Shown here piece by piece: positions 40,229 through 51,535 of a stretch of 64,000 bases of DNA. The position numbers and the translations under genes were made by a program. Positions within the stretch are counted from its first letter, which is position 1; each line of letters starts with the position of its first letter. The DNA is taken from NCBI GenBank assembly GCA_000165345.1, contig CM000429.1:608001-672000 (forward strand). Reading direction: 5' to 3'. The notes below the pieces were generated by a model. That model saw only the letters and a list, made by a program, of their open reading frames with translations, made no database searches and was not told the DNA's origin.

Positions 40229-40675
40229 TTGTTAAAGATGGCGAAATTAATGAAACAAGGTCGCGTGGTTGTATTGCTTAATGGCCGTTATGCAGGAAAG
40301 AAGGCCGTTGTCGTAAATACCTTTGAGTCTGGAACAAAAGACCGTCCATTCCCATTTGTCTTAGTAGCAGGTGTTGAGAAGGCTCCATTAAAGGTACATA
40401 AGAGATTATCTAAGGAAAAGCTCAAGAAGAAGTCTACAATTAAGCCATTCTTGAAGTCAATTAATATGAATCATGTGATGCCAACTCGTTATGTGGTCTC
40501 TGATTTTGACATTAAGCCACTTCTCCAGGGCATTGATATGCAGGAAGCTGACGGCAAGAAACAAGCATTGAGAGCTCTTCATCTTGCTTTCAATGACAAG
40601 CTCATCAATATCCAATCTGAAAAGGGTAAAGCACCAAAGGATTTGATTTTCTTAAGAAAGCCTTTAAGATTCTAA
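40229..40675 (+). CDS. RPL27: 60S ribosomal protein L27e. The likely true start is the Met at 40238 (MAKLMKQGR...).
   Basis: KQGRVVVLLNGRYAGKKAVVVNTFESGTKDRPFPFVLVAGVEKAPLKV...MPTRYVV...LRKPLRF closely follows eukaryotic L27e ([48 protein letters not shown]...MPTRYSV...FQKLRF). Confidence 0.85.
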   Translation: MLKMAKLMKQGRVVVLLNGRYAGKKAVVVNTFESGTKDRPFPFVLVAGVEKAPLKVHKRLSKEKLKKKSTIKPFLKSINMNHVMPTRYVVSDFDIKPLLQGIDMQEADGKKQALRALHLAFNDKLINIQSEKGKAPKDLIFLRKPLRF

Positions 40676-41206
40676 ACTCTTTATAGACTAAGTCATCTTA
40701 ATATTTATTTTTGAAAAATATAATTGGTGTTTTTCTCAGCTAATTTGTCTGTTTGTTATTTTTTATTCTTATTTTATTTATTCAGAGCTACATTCCAAGA
40801 GAGTTTCCTCAACATTTTTATCATTTTTGAAAATACAAAATAGTCTGTAGATTATGCAATCCTCTTTGCGAATACAAGCTCTAGTCACTAAATATTAGAA
40901 ATGCTTCAAATCGCGAATAGATGTAATCATACTTTCACTAAAATCCTTCCAAATATTTAGATGCGGTACGTCAGTATTGCCAACTAACCCACAACTATTT
41001 AAACATTTTCTATATTCGAATTATATTAATAACAGAATTCCCGCCAAGGTACCTATGATGGCTTAATTTTTAAAGGCGCCAGCAAATAACCCACATTTCA
41101 AAACAAAAGAATTAATTATTAATTAATAGGAACAAGGTTTTGAGATAATCCTTTTGGGATTATTTATTAAGATAGAAATCCGATTGAGAATCAAGTATAT
41201 AGGTTT

Positions 41207-42091
41207 TTGAGCAAGCTTGTTCAGGAAATTATAATTATGGAGGTTGTAAATTCTGCAGTAACAATAATCAGTGATCCTGAGAAGTGTAGAACTTGGGTAT
41301 CCCAACACAAATCTTCAGTTAAAGCTTATATTTCTCTGGCAATATTCTGTGTGATTGTATTTTTTTTCCTTTCTGATGGAGATTTCTCATTTCTTTTAAC
41401 CTTATCATCCTTAACATCAGCCTTCAGCTTTGCAATGGTTTGCCTCAAGATAGAAATTACAAAATCTTGTGCAGGAGTGTCTCTTAGGATGATGGAAGCA
41501 TATGTAATTCTAATATTTGCAAGATTGTGTTCTATTATTCCATTTGAAGGATACTTACCTTACGATCGAAGCGGAGATTGGCTATACCAGACCTTAGAAG
41601 CAAGTTGTATGATTATAGCAGGTACCATTGTATACTTATGTAGATACAGATACAAAGAGACTTATGACCCAAATTCTGATGAATTCAATAGTATGTATTT
41701 GATTATCCCTGCATTCTTAATGGCTCTCGTATTCCATCCTTCTCTAAATTCATGGATGCCTGCAGATATTGCATGGACTTTTGCTCTATACCTTGAGAGT
41801 GTTGTTGTCCTCCCTCAGCTCTTTATGTTCCAGAAAGAACGCAAGGTCGTTCCTTTCACCAGTCACTTCCTTGCTATGCAGGCTGTAAGTAAAGTCCTGG
41901 CTTTCATATTTTGGATTTCTTCCTACACAGAACTTAACGACCCATCCAAAGTTCTTAAGAAACATGTTGGATACTGGGTTATTATAATGCAGATTGTGCA
42001 GCTTGCACTTATGGGAGACTTTGTTTATCATTATGCTAGATGTATAACCAGAGGTGTCCCAGTTCAGTTTATTCTGATGGAAAATGTTTAA
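41207..42091 (+). CDS. KDEL/ER-lumen-protein-retaining receptor (ERD2-like) seven-transmembrane protein. It may start at an internal Met.
   Basis: [25 protein letters not shown] parallels KDELR [65 protein letters not shown] parallels [40 protein letters not shown]. An N-terminal extension of about 60 aa relative to the canonical roughly 215-aa receptors carries an extra hydrophobic segment. Confidence 0.65.
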   Translation: [294 protein letters not shown]

Positions 42092-42570
42092 TACTAATTC
42101 TTTTGAATTTCCACATATCTAATCATAATACTAGTCTCTAACATATAAGACTCATTTCTCTGGAGAAAGGTACATATATATTGGAGCAATTCATTATGGG
42201 ATTCACACTCCCTCTACCCAATATTATCAATAATACAGATAATCAACAATTAGTAGTAGCATTTCTAAATGGTCTACTAGCAGGAATATGTCATTAAATT
42301 TTCTAACAATCTATTAAATTATTGTGATTCTCTAAGATATTTGTGTTCCACTTATTTTATTAAAAACTAATATTTTTACTTGGAAGTATTTTCTTTTGCT
42401 ATTTCTTAACTCAGATATACCATTCCCTACGACTTGTGAAATATTTTACTAATACTTAACTAAAACTATACAAGATTTTTTCCCACTCAAGTTCTAATCA
42501 ATGCTTACTTTAAACACGTTTTTTTACACCTATATATACTTTAATATTTGTTTTCAATATTTTTATTTAT

Positions 42571-42604
42571 TTGCATGCAAATTATATATCTAAAAATGGC
42601 GCCA
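42571..42604. promoter_or_regulatory. Paired promoter motifs upstream of aldolase: TTGCATGCAA (42571..42580) and TGGCGCCA (42597..42604).
   Basis: Seen directly. Both palindromes lie 150-190 bp upstream of the aldolase ATG. Confidence 0.5.
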
Positions 42605-42757
42605 CAATGGCTGGTATATAATATCCAGCCTGCGAGCATGCTTCAGATTTAAAGGAAAAAGGGAGAAACAGCACAAAATTTGTACTTGTTAGAATCGCAA
42701 ATAAATTTTGTTAAAAAAATTTGATAAAGTAGAAATTGGTGAAAAATCTCATTTTAT

Positions 42758-43852
42758 TTGTTTCAAAAGAAAAAAATGTCAATCTGTCAAGAAAGAGCAA
42801 AGGAATTAGCAGAAAATGCAAGGAAGATCGCAAGCCCAGGAAAGGGTATATTGGCAGCAGATGAATCCACTGGTACAATTAAGAAAAGATTTGATCAAGT
42901 TGGAATTGAGAATACTGAAGCAAACAGAGCAGCTTATAGAGAATTGCTTTTTAAAACTGAAGGTTTGAATCAATACATTTCTGGAGTTATCCTATACGAA
43001 GAAACTCTTTTCCAAAGTACAGCAAGTGGTGAGAAGATGACCGACTTATTAAAAAAGCAAGGAATCTTACCAGGAATCAAGGTTGATATGGGTTTGACTA
43101 CCTTACCACTTACTGACGGTGAAACTTCCACGACTGGTTTGGATGGATTAGGAGCCAGATGCAAGAAGTACTACGATGCTGGAGCTCGTTTTGCAAAATG
43201 GAGAGCAGTTCTCACTATTGACCAGGCTAAGGGAAAGCCAAGCTGCCTTTCAATTTCTGAAACTGCTCATACATTGGCTAGATATGCTGCAATCTGCCAA
43301 GAAAACGGTCTTGTTCCAATTGTAGAGCCAGAAATATTATCTGATGGATCACATGATATCGAGTTTTGTGCCAAGGTTACAGAAAAGGTTTTGGCCGAAG
43401 TTGTTAAAGCTCTTCATCTCCACCGCGTATTATTGGAAGGTTCACTATTGAAGCCAAATATGGTTACCCCAGGTTCTGACTGCCCAAAAAGAGCATCTTC
43501 TCAAGAAGTTGCTTTTTATACCGTTAGAACTTTAAAAAGAACTATTCCATCAGCAATGGCAGGAGTTATGTTCCTCTCAGGTGGTCAATCTGAGGAAGAA
43601 GCATCACTTAACTTATGTGAAATGAACAAGATCAAGGATTGCCCTTTATTCTTGTCCTTCTCATATGGTCGTGCCTTGCAAGCTTCAGTTTTGAAGGCAT
43701 GGAAAGGAGATGCATCCAATGTTCCAGCTGCTCAGAAGGCACTTTTAGAGAGAGCCAAGGCAAACTCAGAGGCTCAATTGGGAGTCTACAAGGGTGGTGT
43801 TGGTGGTTCTGCTGCTTCTGAAGGATTATTCGTCAAGTCTTATGTTTACTAG
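42758..43852 (+). CDS. Fructose-1,6-bisphosphate aldolase, class I.
   Basis: [26 protein letters not shown]...[34 protein letters not shown], the Schiff-base region [12 protein letters not shown] and the C-terminal GAAS...Y follow class I aldolase along the full length. Confidence 0.9.
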   Translation: MFQKKKMSICQERAKELAENARKIASPGKGILAADESTGTIKKRFDQVGIENTEANRAAYRELLFKTEGLNQYISGVILYEETLFQSTASGEKMTDLLKKQGILPGIKVDMGLTTLPLTDGETSTTGLDGLGARCKKYYDAGARFAKWRAVLTIDQAKGKPSCLSISETAHTLARYAAICQENGLVPIVEPEILSDGSHDIEFCAKVTEKVLAEVVKALHLHRVLLEGSLLKPNMVTPGSDCPKRASSQEVAFYTVRTLKRTIPSAMAGVMFLSGGQSEEEASLNLCEMNKIKDCPLFLSFSYGRALQASVLKAWKGDASNVPAAQKALLERAKANSEAQLGVYKGGVGGSAASEGLFVKSYVY

Positions 43853-43969
43853 ATGCATCTTCATTTAGTATCTTAGGTCGATAAACTTTACTTTATTTGG
43901 TTTTACTAGTAAAAATATTATTCTTAAAATCTAATCTAGTCTAATTATCTATTTATATAATATATCTCT

Positions 43970-46432
43970 CTAATATAGGCATAAGTGGCCGCATCCAGAA
44001 GGACAGATTGAATTTGAAAGGAACCACTCCTTTATATGTTTTGGATGTCCTCCATGTCTACAGCAAGGACATCCAACCCAGAGTCCTAGAACTGGTTCAC
44101 TGCAAACCACACAAATATTTTTGCTTGAATTACACTTCAAACATGAATGGAGATCTGTTCTTGGCTGGAAGTTCTTATCTAGTAGAGCTTTTTCTGACTT
44201 TATTTGTCTTTCACAATAAGATTTTGACTCGAAAAAAGAGTCCTTTTCATTTCCTTGTATAATACTTCCACAATAAAAGTTTGATTCTGATATATTTTCC
44301 CTCCCTAGATTTCTTATTTTCTTTATTTGGCTAGACTTAATCAGTTGTGAAGAGAGACAAAAAAGTCCAAGTTTTCTAAGGAGACTAATTAAGCTTAGAG
44401 TCAACTTTAACTGCAACAAAATAGTGGATTTTAAGATTGGTGAATCTGGAGGTGTTATGCAAGGTAATAAGTTATTTACAATTAAAAGACAAATTACAAC
44501 ATTGTTCATGTTGGATTGGAGATTTAGTTCATTCGAAATAGCTTCAATAGTTTCATTTAAAGAGCATTTTTTCTTAATTATATACATATATCTTTGTTCC
44601 TGAAGTATCTTAATGCCAAAAACTTCGAGAAAGAATTCAAAAATACACTCCACCTTTTCTTCTAAAGTCAATTTCTTCAAACTATCTCTATTAAATAAAA
44701 AACTTCTTGGGTCTTCTCCTCTGCCTGAAGAGATATAAACCATCCCATTCAGTTCGGAGATACTTTTGTCCTTATATACAATAATGCGTGGTCCCCATTT
44801 GACTTTCCAATTGTGAACCTTGGTAGAGCCTAAGCTTGAGAAGATTGAACTCCAGCTTGGAGTCAGTCCAAAAACACCAAGTCTGTGAATTATCCTTATC
44901 CAATCAGATTTCCTATTATTGAGTTCATGTATATGGAGCCTCCTTTCCAGCTCACACCTTGGATCTAATATTGATGCAAGGTCTCCAGGAAACTGAACAA
45001 GACCAATGTCAGGGAGAAATCCTGTGACTGAATAAAGAGAATACTTGAATAGCTCATTTCTTTCACTACAAAATTTGAAAATTGAGTCAGATTTATCCAT
45101 GAGTTCCCTTACTTTGGACTTGAAATCACTATTTTGTTTTTTGAGTTCTGTATTTGAATTGGAAGTTTCTCCAGAAACTGGATTATTGTAAATTTCAAAG
45201 TTTTTCTTAACGGTTTTCCTAAAGAACTCGTGTGATATATTGAAAACTACTCTTTGGGAAGCTTCAATAGAATCGTGGAAATTCGGAGTATAAAGACAAG
45301 AAGATGTTTTAATCTTCCTATTTGGTTTTGCTGCATCCTCCCATACAGATAGAATAAGTTTCTTATCAGCTCCACAGCTCATAATAGCATCAGATTCAAG
45401 CCAATCAAAGTCTCTAACTACATCAGTATGTCTAGAAAACCTTCGAATAGGCCGAATGGGATCCAGCAGGTCATAAACGTAGATTGCAGAGTCAATAGCT
45501 GAACAACAGAATGCAATTTGTGAAGGAAATCCTGGTCTCCACCTTGCCTTTCCTACAACAAACTGAGATTTAATGCTTGTTATTGAGGTAATTCCGTCCA
45601 TTTTACGTATATCCCATATTTGAACTCCGTTTCTACAACCAGTAGAAAATACATTATTATCATGTGGGTTCCAACGAATACAACTCAGACCTTTAGAGAG
45701 AGTTTGAGTTCTGTTGCACTGTGAGAACTTTGCTCTAAAGTCTAAGTGGGAAATAGTACCATCGTCAAAAGCTAGAAGAAGCTCATTATTTGCCCATATC
45801 CCATCAGATCCAAGATTCCTTGATTGCATATCTCGAATTGGGGACGAAGTTACGCAAGCTGACCAAATTGGAGTACACTGCTCTTCAGAAGAACTAATAT
45901 TAATCCCGGAACATTCTCTAAGCGCTTCACCATCCACTAATTTAATTTCCCCATTTTGAAAGCCTAATGCAAACAAGTTAGAGGAATCGCCCAGCCATTC
46001 CAAACAGCAACCTGCAACATTATGAGACCTAAATCTCGATGACATTTGCCAATGTCTGCCTTTGAGTCCTACATAAATATTTGCAGAACCGCTCAAAGTC
46101 AAACCTAGAAGAGTGTGAGAACCTCTAGACCACCCAATATCTACCAAATTAGTTCTGGAGATATTGTAAAAGCTTGAAATACGGTCAAAGTTTACAGTAC
46201 TAAGTTGTAAAAGAGATCTCCCTCCAACTGCAACACGATTTAGCATTGGTTCCAAGTTACTCATCCCTGAGTCATTTTCTCCTTCTTCCAAAAACTCTCC
46301 ATCAAGCCTTTGACTTAAGATCTCTGAAGACTTTGCCCAATGGCAGATCGAAAGACTACTTGGAATTGCAGAGAGTTGCTTAATGCAGTGGACTGCATGT
46401 TCGCTATTAGTTCCACCTTGATCATATTCCAT
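43970..46432 (-). CDS. WD40 beta-propeller protein with a C-terminal RING-like zinc finger of the SEA/GATOR2 type (WDR24/Sea2-like), 820 aa.
   Basis: Multiple WD repeats sit in the N-terminal half (e.g. SACVTSSPIRDM, WNPHDNNVFSTGCRNGVQIWDI, VRDFDWLESDAIMSCGADKKLILSVWE). The C-terminus CLKCNSSKNICVVCSEPVLGLWVGCPCCRHGGHPKHIKEWFLSNSICPSGCGH matches the WDR24/WDR59/MIOS signature (C..C...GL...C..CGHGGH..H...WF....CP.GCGC). Confidence 0.55.
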   Translation of the reverse strand: MEYDQGGTNSEHAVHCIKQLSAIPSSLSICHWAKSSEILSQRLDGEFLEEGENDSGMSNLEPMLNRVAVGGRSLLQLSTVNFDRISSFYNISRTNLVDIGWSRGSHTLLGLTLSGSANIYVGLKGRHWQMSSRFRSHNVAGCCLEWLGDSSNLFALGFQNGEIKLVDGEALRECSGINISSSEEQCTPIWSACVTSSPIRDMQSRNLGSDGIWANNELLLAFDDGTISHLDFRAKFSQCNRTQTLSKGLSCIRWNPHDNNVFSTGCRNGVQIWDIRKMDGITSITSIKSQFVVGKARWRPGFPSQIAFCCSAIDSAIYVYDLLDPIRPIRRFSRHTDVVRDFDWLESDAIMSCGADKKLILSVWEDAAKPNRKIKTSSCLYTPNFHDSIEASQRVVFNISHEFFRKTVKKNFEIYNNPVSGETSNSNTELKKQNSDFKSKVRELMDKSDSIFKFCSERNELFKYSLYSVTGFLPDIGLVQFPGDLASILDPRCELERRLHIHELNNRKSDWIRIIHRLGVFGLTPSWSSIFSSLGSTKVHNWKVKWGPRIIVYKDKSISELNGMVYISSGRGEDPRSFLFNRDSLKKLTLEEKVECIFEFFLEVFGIKILQEQRYMYIIKKKCSLNETIEAISNELNLQSNMNNVVICLLIVNNLLPCITPPDSPILKSTILLQLKLTLSLISLLRKLGLFCLSSQLIKSSQIKKIRNLGRENISESNFYCGSIIQGNEKDSFFESKSYCERQIKSEKALLDKNFQPRTDLHSCLKCNSSKNICVVCSEPVLGLWVGCPCCRHGGHPKHIKEWFLSNSICPSGCGHLCLY

Positions 46433-47188
46433 TAATTCACTTTGTTGTCATTTTGCGGGACTATTACTTTTTTCTCATTTATTCCTCACTTTTCCCGTTT
46501 GTCAGCTTTAATATACTTCTGAATTCCCGCCATATTTAATTTATCCTCGTATTTTCGTAAAAAAAAATGCCAAATAAAATTTATGTGGAAATTATTTCAT
46601 AATCTTTCCACGCAGCGAAATCTCAAAGAAACTTTGTTTCCCGATTGATTTTGGTCGGAATTTTCCTTCTCCTTATTAAGGAACATTGTAATATTCAGAA
46701 ATAGTTTCTCTTCGTATTCTTGACTGTTTTAATCAATTTCTCTGCTGTGCATGCCCCCCATTATGCCTTTGGAAGCAACAGAATAGCTTGATATGGAGAA
46801 TTTTTCTCAAGCTTGATACATCCTTCCTAAAATAATACTTCCTTTCTGAACTAGTCCCAAATTTATTAATCTGGTGGATTTATGATTATATTTAACCTAA
46901 ATCTACCGAATATTGTTTTCTTTTATAAGATTTAAACAGCCCTATGGGAACATACCACTACACCTAGTAGTAATTATAACTTTATTTAATTTTGGAATTT
47001 TTGTGTAATTATTTTCTTTAAACAGATTATTTGCATTTATTCATAATTATCACAATTAACCAAAATAATGCCGGCAAAATAATTAAATATTAATATTCCC
47101 ACACACATTGAAATATGTTATATCAATAACTGGATTTCTATTTGAATTGTAAATACTTAATTTAGTGAAATCCTGAAAGCCTAATTTA

Positions 47189-48397
47189 ATGAGCTCAGAA
47201 ACTGCTTCAATTGAAATTGGAAAGTCTGCCATTGTAAGTTAACTTAATTCCAAATTAACATGGTAAATTATTTGAAATTGAAATTTAATTAAACTTTAAA
47301 TATACCATAATAGATTAACTCTGAAGCTATTGGGCATAAAATCAACTCTCTTGAAGATAAGTATTACAGTATAAAAAGGTACCATGAATCTCGTTTAAAA
47401 GTAAGTGCTAATTTATTTTTTCCAAGATATTATAAAATATACATAATAATTAGGACTTAAGCTCAGAAATCAAGGAGCTTTCAAAGCTTATAAACAAGGA
47501 ACAAAATGATATTCAAGAAATAAAATCTATAAAAGAAAAAAAGTTGAGAGAAGTCGAGTTGAAAATATCAAACCAAATTTTGGAATTACGGGAAATTAGA
47601 AATGAATCTGATACTTTAATTGAAAACAAAATTAAGGACCATTTACACAGGATGGAAACTTTAGAATTCAACAAATCATCAGAAATAGATATTCGAAGAG
47701 AAGATCAATTCGAGAAGATTTCAAGTTCATTAAATGACTTAACTCAAAAAGTTGAATATTTAAGGAAGAGAAGGTAAGTTAATTTTCCCAACTGGTTTGT
47801 TAGCATTCAAATCAGAATTACTTATGATATACTTTATTCTTGAACTTAAAATTTGTCCTTCCCAAACTCTTCTTCATCTAGAAAGAATATTCTTACATCA
47901 TTTAAAAAAGAACTTGCAAATGGTAAGTTTACAACTAATAATATGAAGATGGTATTTCGTTGGTATAATGTTTATTTGTAATATATGGATGTAGCAATTC
48001 TAAATCCATTTTCATGTAAATACTATCTATTTCTTGATTAATTATTTGGACAAATTTACTCTAATTATTTTCCTCCTTTAACAATAACAATAGAATCGGA
48101 GAATATATTAAAATCCATTCAAGAAGAATCTAACAGAAGGGAATACTCTGTCCAAAGCATGAAACAGTAAGTTTTAGAGTTTACTAAGATTTTAATGTAA
48201 TAATCAAAATATTGTCTTTATTTGAAAGACTATTAGACGACACAATGAATCACTTTCTGACGGAAATGGCAGCCTCAAGGACTAGTAGATTGGAAATGGA
48301 TAAGCAAATTATTGACCAATTAGAGCTTGCTTGTCAAGATACTGAAAATAAGTTAGCTAGGATGATAAGCTCAAATGAAAATCAAAAAGACAACTAA
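47189..48397 (+). CDS. Coiled-coil protein, 6 exons: 47189..47233, 47314..47400, 47454..47773, 47882..47922, 48094..48166, 48229..48397. About 262 aa, family unassigned.
   Basis: Exons were linked by GTAAGT donors and YAG acceptors (introns 80, 53, 108, 171 and 62 nt), with all phases consistent and no in-frame stops. The product is a heptad-rich helical protein (MSSETASIEIGKSAI|INSEAIGHKINSLEDKYYSIKRYHESRLK|DLSSEIKELSKLINKEQ...YLRKRR|KNILTSFKKELAN|ESENILKSIQEESNRREYSVQSMKQ|LLDDTMNHF...). The ORF track shows only two fragments (77 and 61 aa). Confidence 0.5.
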
Positions 48398-48412
48398 ATT
48401 ATTTCTCCTCTC

Positions 48413-49165
48413 TTACTGTGCAGATTCAATGATTTTCGCAAATGTTGGCTTCAATGAAGCTCCTCCAACAAGGAAACCATCAATATCGGCGCATTTGATT
48501 AATTCATTACAATTATCAGGAGTGACCGATCCTCCATAAATTATTCTTAAATTGGAAGATACCTGGGGATTATACATCCTTGTAACATATTCTCTAATAA
48601 ATGCATGAGCCTCTTGAGCTTGCCCAGGTGTTGCTACTACTCCTGTTCCGATAGCCCAAATTGGCTCGTAAGCTATTACTAAGTTAGACAAATCACTCAC
48701 ATCCTTTAAAGCTTCCGTTAACTGCTTCTGTATGACATCATTGGTCTTTCCTGTTTCTCTCTCACTTAATGACTCTCCAATACAAAGAACAATCTTCAGG
48801 CCATTCTCCAAACCCTTCTTTACCTTATTATTTACGATTTGATCAGTTTCTGAATAGTATTGTCTTCTTTCAGAATGGCCTACTAAAGAACAATCAACAT
48901 CCATATCTTTAAGCATTTCACAAGAAACTTCTCCCGTAAATGCTCCGTTTCCAGTACAAGAAATGTTCTGTGATCCAATCTTGAATACTCCTGGATGATC
49001 ATTACCGAAAAACTCTTTGACCAATGAAATATGTAGTGAAGTTGGGAATACGTAAACCTCTGAATTACTTGATTCCACTTGTTTGAAAGAATCAATCAGA
49101 GTCTTTAGAGATTCTTTTGTGCCATTGCACTTGAAGTTACCACCCACAAAGTACTTTCTAGACAT
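48413..49165 (-). CDS. TPI1: Triosephosphate isomerase.
   Basis: FVGGNFKCNG, catalytic HSERR, the AYEPIWAIGTG loop, IIYGGSV and GFLVGGASLK are the full set of TIM signature blocks. Confidence 0.9.
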   Translation of the reverse strand: MSRKYFVGGNFKCNGTKESLKTLIDSFKQVESSNSEVYVFPTSLHISLVKEFFGNDHPGVFKIGSQNISCTGNGAFTGEVSCEMLKDMDVDCSLVGHSERRQYYSETDQIVNNKVKKGLENGLKIVLCIGESLSERETGKTNDVIQKQLTEALKDVSDLSNLVIAYEPIWAIGTGVVATPGQAQEAHAFIREYVTRMYNPQVSSNLRIIYGGSVTPDNCNELIKCADIDGFLVGGASLKPTFAKIIESAQ

Positions 49166-49972
49166 TCTATCTGAAGTTATTAATACTTGAACAATGTTAA
49201 GTTACTTGTACTAATTTCTTTTTATCTGAGATTTTAAAAATTACAATTTTTACCAATCTCACATATAACTTACAATATACCTAATTTAATTCCTAAATAT
49301 CCGCCCTATATTATTCTTCAATTTGAAATTCAATACCTCTTATATTTTTGTACTGGTCTCGAGCCCACATAATATCTTTAAATAGGCGCCTTTTTAGATC
49401 TCTCAGTTTAACATACTATGACCAAAAAATTAGGCATGTAAACATGCTGAATAAAGCCCGCCACTTTTCAATTTTAATATTTTAAGCTTTAAAAGAATTT
49501 ACTATGGTTGATACAAAGGTGATAAACTCAACATGAATTATCTTATTTCATTATTATATTCAACCCTTTTATCCTCGATAGTTTTAATAAGTTCCCTTAG
49601 GACTATCTGGAACAATATAGTTATGTAAGATCGATGCAAAAAAAAACTATTCTTGCAAACTCTTAATAAAGCTTAAATATTTAGCACACAACAGTCTTCT
49701 ATTTTCGTTATTTATACTTCTTTTTTACCCCAGCTCTGTTACTCGCCACCATTATTACCCCCTATCCTTCTTAACTAAACTTCAAATATAAACTTCTTTC
49801 TATCTACACATCTAATTAAACATTCACCCTCAAAACATTGTCATAGTCCCCGAAAAATTAATAATAATTCACTGTACTCTTTTACATTCACCAGTTTTTC
49901 CCCCAAGTAACTCCTTTGTTATAACTCCATTCTATCATTATTATTTGACATAAAGATATAGATTCAATATTG

Positions 49973-49984
49973 TTTGGCGCCAAA
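49973..49984. promoter_or_regulatory. E2F/DP-like palindromic site TTTGGCGCCAAA, about 60 bp upstream of the CDF transporter start (divergent TPI/CDF promoter).
   Basis: It is a perfect 12-nt palindrome. The GGCGCC core recurs in most 5' intergenic regions in this window. Confidence 0.55.
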
Positions 49985-50045
49985 TTCTCGTAAATGCCAT
50001 TAAAAAGCAAAGTAAATAAAAAGAAGAGGGAATTAAATTATACCC

Positions 50046-51425
50046 ATGATGAAAGACTCAGGTCTGGAAAAGCCATTACTTAATGGGAATGGATTTAAAA
50101 TATTTGCAAGCACAGAGAGTGTTCAGAAGAGGTTAATATATGCAATCTTTTTCTGTCTAGTCTTTACATTGATAGAGGTTGTTGTGGGTATATTATCAAA
50201 CTCACTAGCACTAATATCAGATGCATCTCACCTCATTTCAGATATATGTAGCTATTTCATTTCTCTGCTTGGTATCCACCTTTCCAAAAGAAAGGCCACA
50301 AACACAATGTCATTTGGTTATAACAGAGCTGAAATATTAGGGGCTTTGTTAAGCATTCTACTAATATGGTTTATGACAATCATGCTTGTCTATGAGGCTA
50401 TTCAGAGAATGTTATATCCTGTGAATGTGGATGGGTTTTCTATGTTTATTACCGCTATTTTTGGTACTTTGTCCAACTTATTTATTAGCTTTGTGTTATC
50501 TGTTCACAATCATGGAATAGGTTCAATTGGAGTAGATTGTAGTCAACACAATCATTCACATGAACATATGCATGAACACGACTGTAAGCAAGCTCAAACT
50601 CATTTTCAGGATGATTCACTGTATTGCAAAGATCAACAACTAGCAGAAAATCAAGAACAAATCGGAGGAATTAACACTACTTTACTTGAATACCACCATA
50701 GAAGCCAAATGAGAACTAAAGATTTAGATCATGAACTTAATAATTATACTAATTTAATGAACTCTCCAGTTATAAGAAGAGTCAATTCTGGTTTAAAAGA
50801 GTGTTCAGGACGTCAAAATGACTATTCTCATCTCCATAGTAGTAATCACTATACAAGTAAACATTCCTCTGAACAAGAAAGCTTAGCGCTTAAGTCTGCT
50901 TATATCCATGTTTTAGGGGATATTTTACAGAACATCGGAGTAATGATTGCTGGATTACTTATTTTGTACAATCCAGCATGGACAATCGCCGATCCTCTAT
51001 GTACTATTCTATTCTCCTTCTTTGTCCTCGCAACAACCATCAAAATCCTAAAAGATTCCGCCAATGTTCTAATGGAAGGGACCCCTATAGGAATTGATTG
51101 TGAATCCATTCAAAACGACTTTCTCAAGCTTTCTTCAGTGCTTGAAGTTCACGATCTACATGTTTGGTCTGTATCTGTTGGAGTTCCTGCATTATCTTGT
51201 CATATTGTCGTAGCATCAGAAGATAATGCTAGATTTACATTAAGATATGCAACGGATCTCTGTCAAAAAAAATATGGAATATTTCACACCACCATTCAAA
51301 TTGACTATTCTCCAAATAAAGCCACTTGTGAAACAATACATCATCAAAAATGTTTAGTTGGCTCTAATAACCAAAATAAAAGTGAAATTCACCAAATAAT
51401 TCATCCCGTTGACTATTCTGCTTAG
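50046..51425 (+). CDS. Cation diffusion facilitator (CDF/ZnT-type) zinc transporter with a His-rich cytosolic loop.
   Basis: Six predicted transmembrane segments carry CDF motifs (SLALISDASHLISD on TM2; HVLGDILQNIGVMIAG on TM5). The loop is His-rich (HNHGIGSIGVDCSQHNHSHEHMHEHD). The C-terminal domain carries HDLHVWS. Confidence 0.75.
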   Translation: MMKDSGLEKPLLNGNGFKIFASTESVQKRLIYAIFFCLVFTLIEVVVGILSNSLALISDASHLISDICSYFISLLGIHLSKRKATNTMSFGYNRAEILGALLSILLIWFMTIMLVYEAIQRMLYPVNVDGFSMFITAIFGTLSNLFISFVLSVHNHGIGSIGVDCSQHNHSHEHMHEHDCKQAQTHFQDDSLYCKDQQLAENQEQIGGINTTLLEYHHRSQMRTKDLDHELNNYTNLMNSPVIRRVNSGLKECSGRQNDYSHLHSSNHYTSKHSSEQESLALKSAYIHVLGDILQNIGVMIAGLLILYNPAWTIADPLCTILFSFFVLATTIKILKDSANVLMEGTPIGIDCESIQNDFLKLSSVLEVHDLHVWSVSVGVPALSCHIVVASEDNARFTLRYATDLCQKKYGIFHTTIQIDYSPNKATCETIHHQKCLVGSNNQNKSEIHQIIHPVDYSA

Positions 51426-51535
51426 TTCTTTATTAATTTAGAATATAATATTAATATTAACTTTAAATTGTGCTTAACAATTAACTCCGATAAGTAATAC
51501 TAGAAAATTATTAGGTTATTATTTCAGTAAACATT

